From positions 4,508-68,507 of IMG/VR virus record IMGVR_UViG_2695421014_000001: a stretch of 64,000 nucleotides of DNA; one strand, given 5' to 3'. Under the pieces are notes generated by a model. The model ran no database searches. It saw only the letters and a program-made list of their open reading frames with translations, and had not been told where the DNA came from. Source of the stretch: a virus (taxonomy: Duplodnaviria; Caudoviricetes). Every line of letters begins with the position of its first letter. The stretch's first letter is position 1. Both the position numbers and the translations under genes were made by a program. Positions 36,710 through 46,374 of this stretch are shown here, one piece after another.

Positions 36710-38183
36710 GGTCCACCCGCCCTACGCGTACACGCTGGGCGAAGAGGCCTGCGACCTCGCCGCGACCGCCGGCCTCGTCGCCGACCAGTGGCAGCGCGAC
36801 GCGATCGACCTGCTGCTCGCCTGCCGGGAAGACGGCAAGTGGGCGTGCTTCGAGTACGCCGAGTTGGTCGCGAGGCAGAACGGCAAGGGCTCGATCCTGG
36901 AGATCCGGGTCCTGCTCGGGTTCTTGGTGCTCGGTGAGGAAGTCATCCTCTGGTCGGCGCACGAGTACAAGACGTCGATGGAGGCATTCCGGCGCGTCCG
37001 GAGGCTGATCAAGAAGCTCGGCAAGCAGGTCGGGAACAACGAGAACCTGTACGAGATCGACGGCGTCCGCATCAAGATCTCGAACACCAACGGCGAGGAA
37101 GGCTTCGAGCGTCTCGACACCGAGGCCCGCATCAAGTTCGTCGCCAGGTCGAAGGGATCCGGCCGCGGCTTCAGTGGTGACCTGGTGATCATCGACGAAG
37201 CCTTCGCGTACACGCTGCTCCAGCAGGACGCGCTGATGCCGACGATGCGGGCCCGCCCCAACCCGCAGATCATCTACACCAGCAGCCCGCCCCTCGACGG
37301 CGACTCCGGGGACGTGCTCTACATGCTGCGCGCGCGAGCCGAAGCCGGAGGGGACGACTCGCTCGGCTACCGGGACTGGGGCGCCGCGGGCGACCTCGAC
37401 CACCTGGAAGACGTAGATCTCGACGACCGGCGACTGTGGGCGGCGACCAACCCGGCCTGGGGCACCCGCGTCACCCCGGAGGCCATGGTGCGCGACCGCC
37501 GGGGCATGTCGCCGAAGGGCTTCGCGCGGGAGATCCTCGGGATCTGGCCGCGCCGCTCGCAGGGCAACATCGTCATCGACCCGCGGCTGTGGGTCACGAT
37601 GGCCGACGAGCACTCCGCGCGCACGTCCGCTGGCGGCGTCGCCCTCGGCCTCGACATCAGCCCCCTGCGTGACTACGCCGCGATCTGCGTGTACGGCGTC
37701 CGCGACGACGGCCTCGGCCATGTGCAGCTCGCCGACTACCGGCCCGGCACCAAGTGGCTGATGCCCCGCCTCGTCGAACTGCGGGACGCGCTCGGCCCGA
37801 TCGCGCTCGCAATGGGCCGCGGCACCCACGCCTTCCTCGACACCGACCTCAAGGCAGCCGGATTCCAGCTACCGGAGGACAAGGACAACCCAGAGGCCGG
37901 CGACCTGGCCGTGACCGGCGCGGTGGAGATGGCGGCCGCCGCCGGGCAGGTCCTCGACGGCGTGCGCGAGCAGTCCTTCCGCGTCGTGCCGAACACCCAC
38001 CTCGACACCGCGGTGGCCGGGGCGAAGACCAAGCAGTCCGGGGACACGATCGCCTGGGCACCCGCCAGCTCCGACGTTGAGATCAGCCCCCTCGTCGCCA
38101 TGTCCCTCGCCCGGTGGGTCTACATCAGCCGGTCTTTCCTGCTCGCCGGTCAGCAGTACGACGTCCTCGACTCCATCTTCTGA
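36648..38183 (+). CDS. terL: terminase large subunit
   Basis: VARQNGKG (Walker A), VIIDEA (Walker B), IYTSS, LGLDIS; start uncertain. Confidence 0.93.
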   Translation: MLVSPTSRSGSLSAAARPRVEVHPPYAYTLGEEACDLAATAGLVADQWQRDAIDLLLACREDGKWACFEYAELVARQNGKGSILEIRVLLGFLVLGEEVILWSAHEYKTSMEAFRRVRRLIKKLGKQVGNNENLYEIDGVRIKISNTNGEEGFERLDTEARIKFVARSKGSGRGFSGDLVIIDEAFAYTLLQQDALMPTMRARPNPQIIYTSSPPLDGDSGDVLYMLRARAEAGGDDSLGYRDWGAAGDLDHLEDVDLDDRRLWAATNPAWGTRVTPEAMVRDRRGMSPKGFAREILGIWPRRSQGNIVIDPRLWVTMADEHSARTSAGGVALGLDISPLRDYAAICVYGVRDDGLGHVQLADYRPGTKWLMPRLVELRDALGPIALAMGRGTHAFLDTDLKAAGFQLPEDKDNPEAGDLAVTGAVEMAAAAGQVLDGVREQSFRVVPNTHLDTAVAGAKTKQSGDTIAWAPASSDVEISPLVAMSLARWVYISRSFLLAGQQYDVLDSIF

Positions 38184-38235
38184 CGGCCCCAGCGGCGTCT
38201 ACTAGACGCTCCACCGATCCTGGAAGGCGGCCCGC

Positions 38236-39516
38236 ATGCGCAACCCCTTCCGCGGCTGGGGCTGGACACGGGGTGGCAACGGCGCGGTGCGCGCGGCCGG
38301 GGAGAAGCGGGACCTGGGCGTCAACGACGTCTCATGGCCGGTCGACAACTTGGCTTCTCCGGCCGCGGTGTCCGAGCACGGTGCGCTGCGGCTCACTCCG
38401 GTTTTCGCGGCGGGCCGGCTGCTCGCGTCGTCGGTGTCTTCGCTGCCGATCCAGCAGTACCGGCGGATGGGCGATGCCACGACGAAGCTGGCCCTCGCCT
38501 CGCTGTTCCAGTCGCCGTCGTCGCAGGGCACGATCGACGACTGGCTGTGGCGGGCGATGCTGTCGCTGGTGTACCGGGGCAACGCCGTCGGTCTCGTGAT
38601 GGAGCGGGACTGGCTGGAGTTCCCGACCCGCATTGAGTGGCTGAACCCGGCCGATGTGTTCGTGCAGGACTCGATGCCGATGGGGCAACGCGGCTCCTTC
38701 ACGGATCCGGTGTGGTCGTATCGCGGGGTCGAGATCCCCTCCGAGGACATCGTGCACATCCCCTGGATGACGATGCCGGGCCGCGTGTGGGGCCTGTCGC
38801 CGATCGCCGCCTACGCCGTCACCGTGTCGACCGGTCTCGCCGCGCAGCAGTTCGTCGACGACTACTTCCGGTCCGGCGGGCAGCCGCCCGGGCACTTCCG
38901 CAACACCCAGCAAGTCGTCGAGCAGAAGGACGTCGGAATCATCAAGCGGCGGCTGGTCGCGGCGATCCGCTCACACGAACCGATCGTGTACGGCAAGGAC
39001 TGGGAGTACCAGCCGATCACGGTCTCCGTGCAGGAGGCGCAGTTCTGCGAGACACAGCGGCTGTCCGCGACGCAGATCGCGGCGATCTACGGCATCCCGC
39101 CGGAGAAGATCGGCGGCGAGACCGGCGGCTCCTACACCTACAGCTCTCCCGAGCAGCGGCAGATCGAGTTCATCCAGGACGCGCTGCTGCCCTACCTGGT
39201 GAAGCTGGAGAACCACCTGTCCGCGCAGCTGCCGCGCGGCCAGTACATCAAGTTCAACGCCGACGCCCTGATCCGCGTCGACATCCTCACCCGGCACTCG
39301 GTGTACGAGAAGCAGCGCCTCATCGGCAAGAACAACCTCGACGAGATCCGTGCGCTCGAGGACGAATCGCCGCTGCCCGACGGCAAGGGCCAGGACTACA
39401 CGCCGCTGCCCATCCAGGCGGGCTCCAACATCACCGTCCCGCAGATCCGCGGCCAGATGCCGCCCCAGGACCCGGGGCTTCGCCTCGTCAAGACCCCTAG
39501 GGGGAATCATGGTTGA
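38236..39516 (+). CDS. HK97-family portal protein
   Basis: VFAAGRLLASSVSSLP, RGNA, IVHIP, GLSPI, AQFCETQ, IAAIYGIPPEKIG, DEIRALED. Confidence 0.93.
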   Translation: MRNPFRGWGWTRGGNGAVRAAGEKRDLGVNDVSWPVDNLASPAAVSEHGALRLTPVFAAGRLLASSVSSLPIQQYRRMGDATTKLALASLFQSPSSQGTIDDWLWRAMLSLVYRGNAVGLVMERDWLEFPTRIEWLNPADVFVQDSMPMGQRGSFTDPVWSYRGVEIPSEDIVHIPWMTMPGRVWGLSPIAAYAVTVSTGLAAQQFVDDYFRSGGQPPGHFRNTQQVVEQKDVGIIKRRLVAAIRSHEPIVYGKDWEYQPITVSVQEAQFCETQRLSATQIAAIYGIPPEKIGGETGGSYTYSSPEQRQIEFIQDALLPYLVKLENHLSAQLPRGQYIKFNADALIRVDILTRHSVYEKQRLIGKNNLDEIRALEDESPLPDGKGQDYTPLPIQAGSNITVPQIRGQMPPQDPGLRLVKTPRGNHG

Positions 39517-40546
39517 TCGTCGACAGCTGCGGGACTCGCCGGAGCGCCGCGGTATCGCCTCCGGCCAGTTCGAGCTGCGCACGCAGGGCGGGCAGCTACT
39601 GCTCACCGGCTACGCGTCCGTCTTCAACAGCCCGTACGACGTCTACGGGGGGCCGCCGATGGGCTGGACCGAGGACGTCGACCCGCACGCCTTCGACGTC
39701 ACCCTCGGGGCCCGCGCCGACGCGCACCTGCTCATCAACCACGGCGGCATGCCGCTCGCCCGCACCAAGTCCGGGACGCTGAAGCTGGCCACGGACACGA
39801 CCGGCCTGCACGTCGAAGCCGGCCTGGAGCCCTCGGACCCAGACGTTCAGCGGCTCATGCCGAAGATGAACCGCCGCGACATGGACGAGATGTCCTTCGG
39901 CTTCCGGGTGAAGAACGACGAGTGGAACGAGGACTACACCCAGCGTCGTTTGCTGGAGGTCTCCCTGCACAAGGGCGACGTGTCCGTCGTCAACTTCGGC
40001 GCCAACCCGGCCACCAGCGCGCAGCTCAACAGCGCTTCCGACGCCCTGGAACTGCTCGCCAAGCTTGACCCCGAAGCGGCGATGGCCGAACTCCGCTCCG
40101 ACGGAGTAGACCTCGAGCGGATCATCCGCGCCCGGGACAACGTCCTCGCCCTGCAACGGCAGATGAAGCCGCAGCCGAAGGCCCCGGGACGCCTGTCCCT
40201 GGCCGAGGCCCGCGCGATCGCCGACGGCGAAGTCGAGGTGCGGCTGGCTGTGCAGATTCCCTCGCACTCCACCGCCGTCACCGACGACCCACTGGACCGG
40301 CGCGCCGCCGTGGCCGGCGGGAACCAGGTGGTGCTGCGCTACATGCACGCCTGGGTCGATCCCGACAGTGACCCCGAGGCCGCGAGCTCCTACCGATTCC
40401 CCCACCACGAGCCGCGCATCGGCTCCCCGGCGAGCCTGCCCGCCGTCCGGCACGCGCTGTCCCTGCTCCCGCAGGCCGCGATGCCCGACGAGCAGAAGGC
40501 GGCCGTCGAGCGGCACCTGCGCCGCCACCTCGAAGACGCCGACTGA
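39509..40546 (+). CDS. HK97-family prohead protease with C-terminal extra domain
   Basis: LTGYASVFN, LLINHGG.PLART, MSFGFRV, DVSVVNFGANP. Confidence 0.9.
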   Translation: MVDRRQLRDSPERRGIASGQFELRTQGGQLLLTGYASVFNSPYDVYGGPPMGWTEDVDPHAFDVTLGARADAHLLINHGGMPLARTKSGTLKLATDTTGLHVEAGLEPSDPDVQRLMPKMNRRDMDEMSFGFRVKNDEWNEDYTQRRLLEVSLHKGDVSVVNFGANPATSAQLNSASDALELLAKLDPEAAMAELRSDGVDLERIIRARDNVLALQRQMKPQPKAPGRLSLAEARAIADGEVEVRLAVQIPSHSTAVTDDPLDRRAAVAGGNQVVLRYMHAWVDPDSDPEAASSYRFPHHEPRIGSPASLPAVRHALSLLPQAAMPDEQKAAVERHLRRHLEDAD

Positions 40547-40569
40547 CTTCGGCGCACCCCCCGAGTTTC

Positions 40570-40659
40570 CCGTGATCAGGCACTGATCACGGTCGCTGTC
40601 GCCCGCCTGGCACTGGCGCTCGACGGCTCATCACGGCCTGGCACTGGCCGCCGTCATGA
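40570..40659 (+). promoter_or_regulatory. three tandem stem-loops with GGCAC loops in the capsid leader
   Basis: CCGTGATCA-GGCAC-TGATCACGG; GCC-TGGCACT-GGC; CGGCC-TGGCACT-GGCCG. Confidence 0.55.
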
Positions 40660-40687
40660 ACCGCCAAGCCAGAAAGGCAGACTCGTC

Positions 40688-42079
40688 ATGTCCGACGAGC
40701 GTTTCCGGCGGCTGGTCGCCCGACGCGAGCAGACCGCCCGCGAGCGCGAGGAGATCCTCGCCAAGCGCAAGGCCATCACCGACCTCGCCGAGGAGGAGGC
40801 CCGCGAGGACCTCCTCCCGGAAGAGGACACCGAGTTCCGCGAGCTGACCGCCCAGGTCGCCGCGAAGGACGGCGAGCTGCGTCAGCTCGACGAGCGCATC
40901 TCGGAGCTGTCCGACGAGGTCGAACGCAACCGGACCATCACCGAGGGAGCCAAGGCCGTGCAGCGGGCCAAGGCCCGCGTCACCTCGGTGCAAGAAGCCC
41001 GGGTCTACGAGAAGGGCAACGGCCGGTCCTACCTCCAGGACCTCGCCAAGGTCCAGCTCAACATGGACGGCGGCGAGGCCCGCGAGCGGCTCCAGCGCCA
41101 CGCCCAGGACGTCGTCAGCGACCCCGAGTACCGCGACCTGAACCGTACCGACGGCAACGGCGGCTACTTCGTGCCGCCGCTGTGGCTGATGGATCAGTAC
41201 ATCGAGCTGGCACGCGCCGGCCGCGCATACGCGAACGTGGTGAACACCCAGCCGCTCCCGCCCGGCACCGACTCGATCAACATCCCGAAGGTGGCCACAG
41301 GCACCGCCGCCGGGGTCCAGACCGCAGACAACGGCGCTGTGCAGGAGACCGACGCCACGGACACGTTCATCAACGCGCCCGTCCGTACGATCGCCGGTCA
41401 GCAGGACGTCGCGATCCAGCTCCTGGACCAGAGCCCCGTCTCCTTCGACGAGGTCATCTTCCGGGACCTGGTGGCGGACTACGCCACGAAGACCGACCTC
41501 CAGGTCATCTCCGGATCCGGATCTTCCGGCCAGGTCACCGGTGTGCGTGGCACGTCCGGCATCACCACGATCACGTACACCGACGCGACGCCGACCGTCG
41601 CGAAGCTGTACTCGAAGATCGCGGACGCCGTGCAGCGGGTCCACACCCTCCGCTTCATGGCACCGACCGTGATCGTGATGCACCCCCGCCGGTGGGCGTC
41701 CCTGCTCGCCGCGTCCGACTCCAACGGCCGCCCGCTGGTCGTCCCGGAGGCAGGCAACCCGCAGAACGCGGTCGCCACCCTCGGCGTGGTCGGCTCTCAG
41801 CAGGTCGTCGGGCAGATGCACGGCCTTCCGGTCGTCACCGACCCGAGCATGCCGACCAACCTCGGCGCCGGCACCAACGAGGACGTCGTCCACGTCCTGC
41901 GCGCGAGCGACATCCTGCTGTACGAGTCGGGCATCCGCTCCCGCGTCCTGCCCGAGGTCGGCTCCGGCAACCTCACGGTCCGCCTCCAGATCTACGGCTA
42001 CCTCGCCTTCACGGCCGCCCGTTACCCGGCGTCCGTAGTCGAGATCGGCGGCACCGGCCTGGTCGCGCCGAGCTTCTGA
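40688..42079 (+). CDS. major capsid protein (HK97 fold, N-terminal coiled-coil delta domain)
   Basis: Coiled-coil N-terminus, GGYFVPP, INIPK, QLLDQS, VMHPRRW..L, DSNGRPL, HGLPVVTD. Confidence 0.93.
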   Translation: MSDERFRRLVARREQTAREREEILAKRKAITDLAEEEAREDLLPEEDTEFRELTAQVAAKDGELRQLDERISELSDEVERNRTITEGAKAVQRAKARVTSVQEARVYEKGNGRSYLQDLAKVQLNMDGGEARERLQRHAQDVVSDPEYRDLNRTDGNGGYFVPPLWLMDQYIELARAGRAYANVVNTQPLPPGTDSINIPKVATGTAAGVQTADNGAVQETDATDTFINAPVRTIAGQQDVAIQLLDQSPVSFDEVIFRDLVADYATKTDLQVISGSGSSGQVTGVRGTSGITTITYTDATPTVAKLYSKIADAVQRVHTLRFMAPTVIVMHPRRWASLLAASDSNGRPLVVPEAGNPQNAVATLGVVGSQQVVGQMHGLPVVTDPSMPTNLGAGTNEDVVHVLRASDILLYESGIRSRVLPEVGSGNLTVRLQIYGYLAFTAARYPASVVEIGGTGLVAPSF

Positions 42080-42086
42080 GTTCGAG

Positions 42087-42112
42087 CGGGGCCGGGCGCC
42101 TGCCCGGCCCCG
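42087..42112 (+). terminator. GC hairpin after capsid gene
   Basis: CGGGGCCGGGC-GCCT-GCCCGGCCCCG. Confidence 0.55.
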
Positions 42113-42125
42113 GGGACGGAACAGC

Positions 42126-42626
42126 ATGCACGACGAGCAGCAATTCACCCGGCACGCCCAACAGGGCTGGCAGTCGTGGGACGAATGGTCCCCAGAGCAG
42201 GACTTCTGTCGCTTCGTCGGCATGCTCCAGCGGATGCTCCAGCCCGCCACCGTCCTGGAGACAGGCGTGGGCGTCGGCCGCATCACCGGCCACCTCGACC
42301 TCACGGCGTGCGAGTACTTCGGCTTCGAGTCGAACCTCCAGTGGCGGCAGCCGCCGGCCGACCCGAACCTGCCCGGCCCCATGCACGCTCACATGAAGGC
42401 AGCGGACCTCGTCATCCTCGACAGCGACGTTGAGGTCCGTTTCGACGAGATCCGCATGTGGGCCGAGCACGGCAAGCGGGGTTCCGTGGTCGTCGTCCAC
42501 GACGCCGGGAACGGACACGAGGCGTGGACCGTGCACGCGCAGATCGGGTTCGCGTGCTCACAGACCCCGCACCCGGGCCTGTTCCTTCGCAACCCGCGCG
42601 GCTCATGGATGGGGATCCACGCGTGA
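42126..42626 (+). CDS. class I SAM-dependent methyltransferase-like (Methyltransf_24 type)
   Basis: P.TVLETGVGVG, DLVILDSD, GSVVVVHD. Confidence 0.7.
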   Translation: MHDEQQFTRHAQQGWQSWDEWSPEQDFCRFVGMLQRMLQPATVLETGVGVGRITGHLDLTACEYFGFESNLQWRQPPADPNLPGPMHAHMKAADLVILDSDVEVRFDEIRMWAEHGKRGSVVVVHDAGNGHEAWTVHAQIGFACSQTPHPGLFLRNPRGSWMGIHA

Positions 42627-43324
42627 AGGTCATCGGGCTGCTGTCCTGGTACGAGGAGCCCGCCTCGTGGCTCGCCGAGTGCGTCGCCAGCATGGCGGGA
42701 CTCTGCGACCACCTGGTGGCCGTCGACGGCCCGTACGCCCGCTTCCCCGGGGCGACCCGCAAGCCGTCGTCCGGATCCGAGCAGGCCGACACCATCGCCC
42801 GCACCGCAGCGGGCGCGGGGATCGGCTGCACCATCCACGTCGCTCGCCAGCCCTGGTGGGGCAACGAAGTCGAGAAGCGCTCCTTCATGTTCGACCTGGC
42901 CATGGTGATCGCTGAGCCGGGCGTCGACTGGCTCGTCAGGATCGACGCCGACGAGGTGTTCACTACGGTCCCGCCCGACACCCGCACGCTCCTCGCGAAG
43001 TCCGAACGCGACGTCGCCGAGGTCACCATGTGGGAGCGCGGCACCGATGACGGCCAGGACAGCCAGTTCCCGCTTCGTGTCGCCTTCCGGGCCCTGCCCG
43101 GTATCCGCGTCCAGCAGGCCCACTACGTTGTCACCGTGCCTGGCCCGGACGGCGCGACCCGGATCCTCGTCGGCAACGACAGCGTGCACCGCGCCGAGCT
43201 CGCGCTCCCTCTGTGGGATGTCCGCTTGGAGCACCGCACACGGCAGCGGCCCGCGATGCGCCGCGCCGCGAAGGACCAGTACTACGCCCAACTCCCGCAG
43301 ATTGAGCAGGTGAGCGAGCTGTGA
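42623..43324 (+). CDS. soluble GT-A (GT2-like) glycosyltransferase
   Basis: LLSWYEE..WLAECVAS, DHLVAVDG, EVEKRS, DWLVRIDADE. Confidence 0.78.
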   Translation: MKVIGLLSWYEEPASWLAECVASMAGLCDHLVAVDGPYARFPGATRKPSSGSEQADTIARTAAGAGIGCTIHVARQPWWGNEVEKRSFMFDLAMVIAEPGVDWLVRIDADEVFTTVPPDTRTLLAKSERDVAEVTMWERGTDDGQDSQFPLRVAFRALPGIRVQQAHYVVTVPGPDGATRILVGNDSVHRAELALPLWDVRLEHRTRQRPAMRRAAKDQYYAQLPQIEQVSEL

Positions 43325-43638
43325 GTGACCGCAGGAACATCGACGACGACTACAAGCAGGCCATGATCCGCGAGTGGGAGTCGTACGCCGCCTCCGGCCG
43401 CACTGAGCAGGCTGGCCACGTCGCCGGCGTGCTGCTCGCCGAGTACGACTACGACGTCCACGACGACGGCCAGGAGAAGAAGGAGAAGGCGGTCGAGCCT
43501 CCGGCAGCGGAGACGACGGTCGAGTCCGCGCCGAAGGAGACGGCGGTCGAGCCGAAGCCCGACACTGTCCGCCAGGCACCAGCGGCGGCGAAGAAGACGA
43601 CTGCGAAGAAGACGACCGCAGCGCCGGCCAAGGACTGA
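43321..43638 (+). CDS. hypothetical virion-region protein with Lys/Ala/Thr-rich tail
   Basis: GTGA overlap; AKKTTAKKTTA. Confidence 0.6.
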   Translation: MSDRRNIDDDYKQAMIREWESYAASGRTEQAGHVAGVLLAEYDYDVHDDGQEKKEKAVEPPAAETTVESAPKETAVEPKPDTVRQAPAAAKKTTAKKTTAAPAKD

Positions 43639-43644
43639 CCTGCT

Positions 43645-44454
43645 GTGGCGTACGACCTCGGCGACGTCGTCCAGCTGACCGTCACGGTCACCGACACCGC
43701 GGGCGCGCCTGCGGACGCCGGGAGCATGGTCCTGACGATCGGACTGCCGGACGACACCACGGTCACCGTGGACCCGGTGGCCTCGACCACGCCGGGCGTG
43801 TACGTCCACGGCTACGCCACGGTGCAGGCCGGGCGTCACACGGTGCGCTGGCTGGCCACCGGCGCGAACGCCATGGCCCACACGGACGTCTTCGACGTGC
43901 GCGAGCTGCTGCCCGTCGCCATCGTCTCCCTAGCCCGCGCGAAGGCCCACCTGGAGATCCTCGCGTCGGACACGTCCGATGACGAGGAACTGCGCGGCTT
44001 CGTCAGCGGCGCCACCCTCGCCGTGGAACGCCACCTCGGCTTCATCGTCGCCCGACGCACCTTCACCGAGCGCTGCACCCCGGACCGGTACGGCGACGTC
44101 CTCCTCAGCAACGTGCCGGTCGTCTCGCTCACCACGGTGCAGACGCCCGATGCCACACAGTCCTGGGACACCGACGACCTCAGCGCCGACCCGGCCACCG
44201 GCCAGGTGACCGTGCTCGCCGGGCCCGCCCTGCGCGCTGGCGTCGACTTCACCTACCGGGCCGGGCTCGCGATCGTCCCCGAGGACTACCAGCTGGCGAC
44301 GCTCATCATCATCGAGCACCTGTGGGAGACCAAGCGGGGTGCGATGGGCGTGCAGATGGGCGGCGACAACGAGCCCTGGATGCCGGGCCGCGGGTTCGCC
44401 ATCCCGCGCCGCGCCCTGGAGTTGCTGGGCGCGACCCTTCCCGGAGTCGCCTGA
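43645..44454 (+). CDS. head-tail adaptor with N-terminal Ig-like segment
   Basis: VSLARAKAHL...DDEEL..FV..AT.AVERHLG; VPEDYQLATLIIIEHLW. Confidence 0.8.
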   Translation: MAYDLGDVVQLTVTVTDTAGAPADAGSMVLTIGLPDDTTVTVDPVASTTPGVYVHGYATVQAGRHTVRWLATGANAMAHTDVFDVRELLPVAIVSLARAKAHLEILASDTSDDEELRGFVSGATLAVERHLGFIVARRTFTERCTPDRYGDVLLSNVPVVSLTTVQTPDATQSWDTDDLSADPATGQVTVLAGPALRAGVDFTYRAGLAIVPEDYQLATLIIIEHLWETKRGAMGVQMGGDNEPWMPGRGFAIPRRALELLGATLPGVA

Positions 44455-44915
44455 TGCCCTGGTCCTCGAGCGTCCCCGACGTGTTCGACGCGATCGTGGA
44501 CGCCTTCAAGATCGCGGAGGAGTTCAACGGCGTCACCGTGTGGGACGGCCCTGAGCTGTCGAAGGCCACCCCGAAGGAAATGCTCACCGTCGGGTTCACC
44601 GGTGACGACAACGACAGTGACGTCGAGGCAACGAGCTCCCCAGAGGGTCTCGGTGGGCAGCCGGACCGTGAAACGTTCACGATCCGCTGCGCGGCCGCCG
44701 TCTTGATGGGCTCTACGGACATGCGGCCCGCGCGCCGCCGCGCTTACGAGTTGTACGCCGCGGCCGGAGCCGTCCTCGCCCGCGATCCGCGCCTGGGGGG
44801 TCTCGTACTGCGGGCCCGACTCGGGTCGCACACCTTCAAGGGGATGCAGACCGACCGGGGCGCTCAGGCACTGGTCGTCTTCGGAATCGACTGCGACTCC
44901 TTCACCCGCCGCTGA
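44454..44915 (+). CDS. putative tail terminator/completion protein
   Basis: Position; V.VWDGP, ETFTIRC, DPRLGGLV. Confidence 0.6.
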   Translation: MPWSSSVPDVFDAIVDAFKIAEEFNGVTVWDGPELSKATPKEMLTVGFTGDDNDSDVEATSSPEGLGGQPDRETFTIRCAAAVLMGSTDMRPARRRAYELYAAAGAVLARDPRLGGLVLRARLGSHTFKGMQTDRGAQALVVFGIDCDSFTRR

Positions 44916-45108
44916 CCGGCCGGCCACGCCGACGGGCGAGCGCCGCAAGGCCCCCGAGTAGGCCGCCGGCGGCAGCCAGGTTCACCGCGGCGTAGGCGAG
45001 CGCCGACACCGCGAACACCCCCACACCGGCGAGCGAATGGCCGCCGCGCGCCACGTTCTCCCAGCCCCACTCGGGGACGTCCACGAACCACCAGCGCAGT
45101 ACCGACAT
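44902..45108 (-). CDS. possible small antisense membrane protein
   Basis: Fills the 44915-45163 gap; hydrophobic helix with basic tail; GAGG RBS on minus strand. Confidence 0.4.
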   Translation of the reverse strand: MSVLRWWFVDVPEWGWENVARGGHSLAGVGVFAVSALAYAAVNLAAAGGLLGGLAALARRRGRPVSGG

Positions 45109-45162
45109 GCCTCGGAGAGTGCCGGGCTGTCGCGCATCCGTCAACCAGAACAGGAGAGTTGG

Positions 45163-45501
45163 ATGACCGCGCTCGTCACCAATGTCATCCCCAACGTCGG
45201 GGCGGACATCGCGCCGCTGCTCGTGGCCCCAGCGAACGGCGACACCGCTGTCTGCGGCTCGGGGATGTTCCTCTACGTCAAGAACACGAACGCCGCGGCG
45301 TGCGTGGTCACCATCGCCTGCCCCGTCATCCAGGACGGCCGCCTCACCACGTCCTCGTCGACCTTCAGCGTGCCGCTGACGACCGGCATCGGCGTCATCC
45401 CGCTGCTGCCGCTCTACGCCGACCCGACGACCGGGCGGGCGACGATCACCAGCTACTCGGTCACCTCGGGTGTGACCGTCGGGGTGGTGCGCGTCCCGTG
45501 A
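45163..45501 (+). CDS. hypothetical virion protein
   Basis: AGGAG RBS; GD....G.GMFLYVKN. Confidence 0.65.
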   Translation: MTALVTNVIPNVGADIAPLLVAPANGDTAVCGSGMFLYVKNTNAAACVVTIACPVIQDGRLTTSSSTFSVPLTTGIGVIPLLPLYADPTTGRATITSYSVTSGVTVGVVRVP

Positions 45502-45821
45502 GCACTGTCTTCATGCGGCACCCGTCGCTGCCTCCGACGCAGGAGATCGAGGTCGACGAGCAGGCCGTGCCCCACCACGCCAACGCAGGCTGGATCGCAG
45601 TCCCCGCGGAGGAGCTCGAAGCCCGGGCCGCGGCCGCCGCGAAGGCCGCAGCCGAACGAGGCGAACAGCTGCCCGAGCCCGACACCAAGAAGCCGGCCGA
45701 GGGCAGCCCCCGCGAAGCCCTGGCCAAGCCCCAGGGCGAGGCCGCGGAGCCCCCGGCCGCGGATGACGAGTCAGCAGCACCGAAGCGCCGGCGCCGCTCG
45801 GCCGACGCCGACCCCGAGTAG
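45498..45821 (+). CDS. hypothetical protein
   Basis: MRHPSLP..QEIEV..AVPHH..AGW. Confidence 0.6.
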   Translation: MSTVFMRHPSLPPTQEIEVDEQAVPHHANAGWIAVPAEELEARAAAAAKAAAERGEQLPEPDTKKPAEGSPREALAKPQGEAAEPPAADDESAAPKRRRRSADADPE

Positions 45822-45887
45822 CCCAGCCCGAATCGCCAAGGCTCCGCAGACGCGGGGCCTTTCGCACGTCCATGAAAGGCCAGGTCG

Positions 45888-46367
45888 ATGGTTGCCACCC
45901 CGATCGCGGCAACGAGCCGCTACATCCCGCCGGGCACCACGCACTACTACTTCGTCGCCAGCATCGCCAACAAGAGCGCGCCGACCCGGCCCGAGCTCGA
46001 CGCGGGCACCGACCTGACGGCTGAGATCGCCGAGGTGTCGGGGTTCTCCACCACCTCGGAACAGACGGAGACCCCGGACCTGGGATCCCGGTTCACCGGC
46101 AAGATCCCCGGCCGCATCACGGCCGACGACAGTTCCATCACGATGTACATGTCGTCGACGTCCAACGACGTGCGCACCCTGCTGCCTCGGGACACCGCCG
46201 GGTTCGTCGTCGCGTTCTCCGAAGGCGACGTGGCCGGCCGGAAGATGGACGTCTTCCCCGTCAAGGTGTCGGGCCAGCCCAAGAAGCGCGACATCGAGGA
46301 CGCCGCGACGATCGAGATCCAGTTCACGATCACGTCCATCCCGGCTGAGAACGTCACGATCCCCTGA
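45888..46367 (+). CDS. major tail (tube) protein
   Basis: APTRPELDAGTDLT..IAEVSGF...TPDLGSRF..KIPGR...DVFPVKV. Confidence 0.82.
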   Translation: MVATPIAATSRYIPPGTTHYYFVASIANKSAPTRPELDAGTDLTAEIAEVSGFSTTSEQTETPDLGSRFTGKIPGRITADDSSITMYMSSTSNDVRTLLPRDTAGFVVAFSEGDVAGRKMDVFPVKVSGQPKKRDIEDAATIEIQFTITSIPAENVTIP

Positions 46368-46374
46368 GGCCCCT

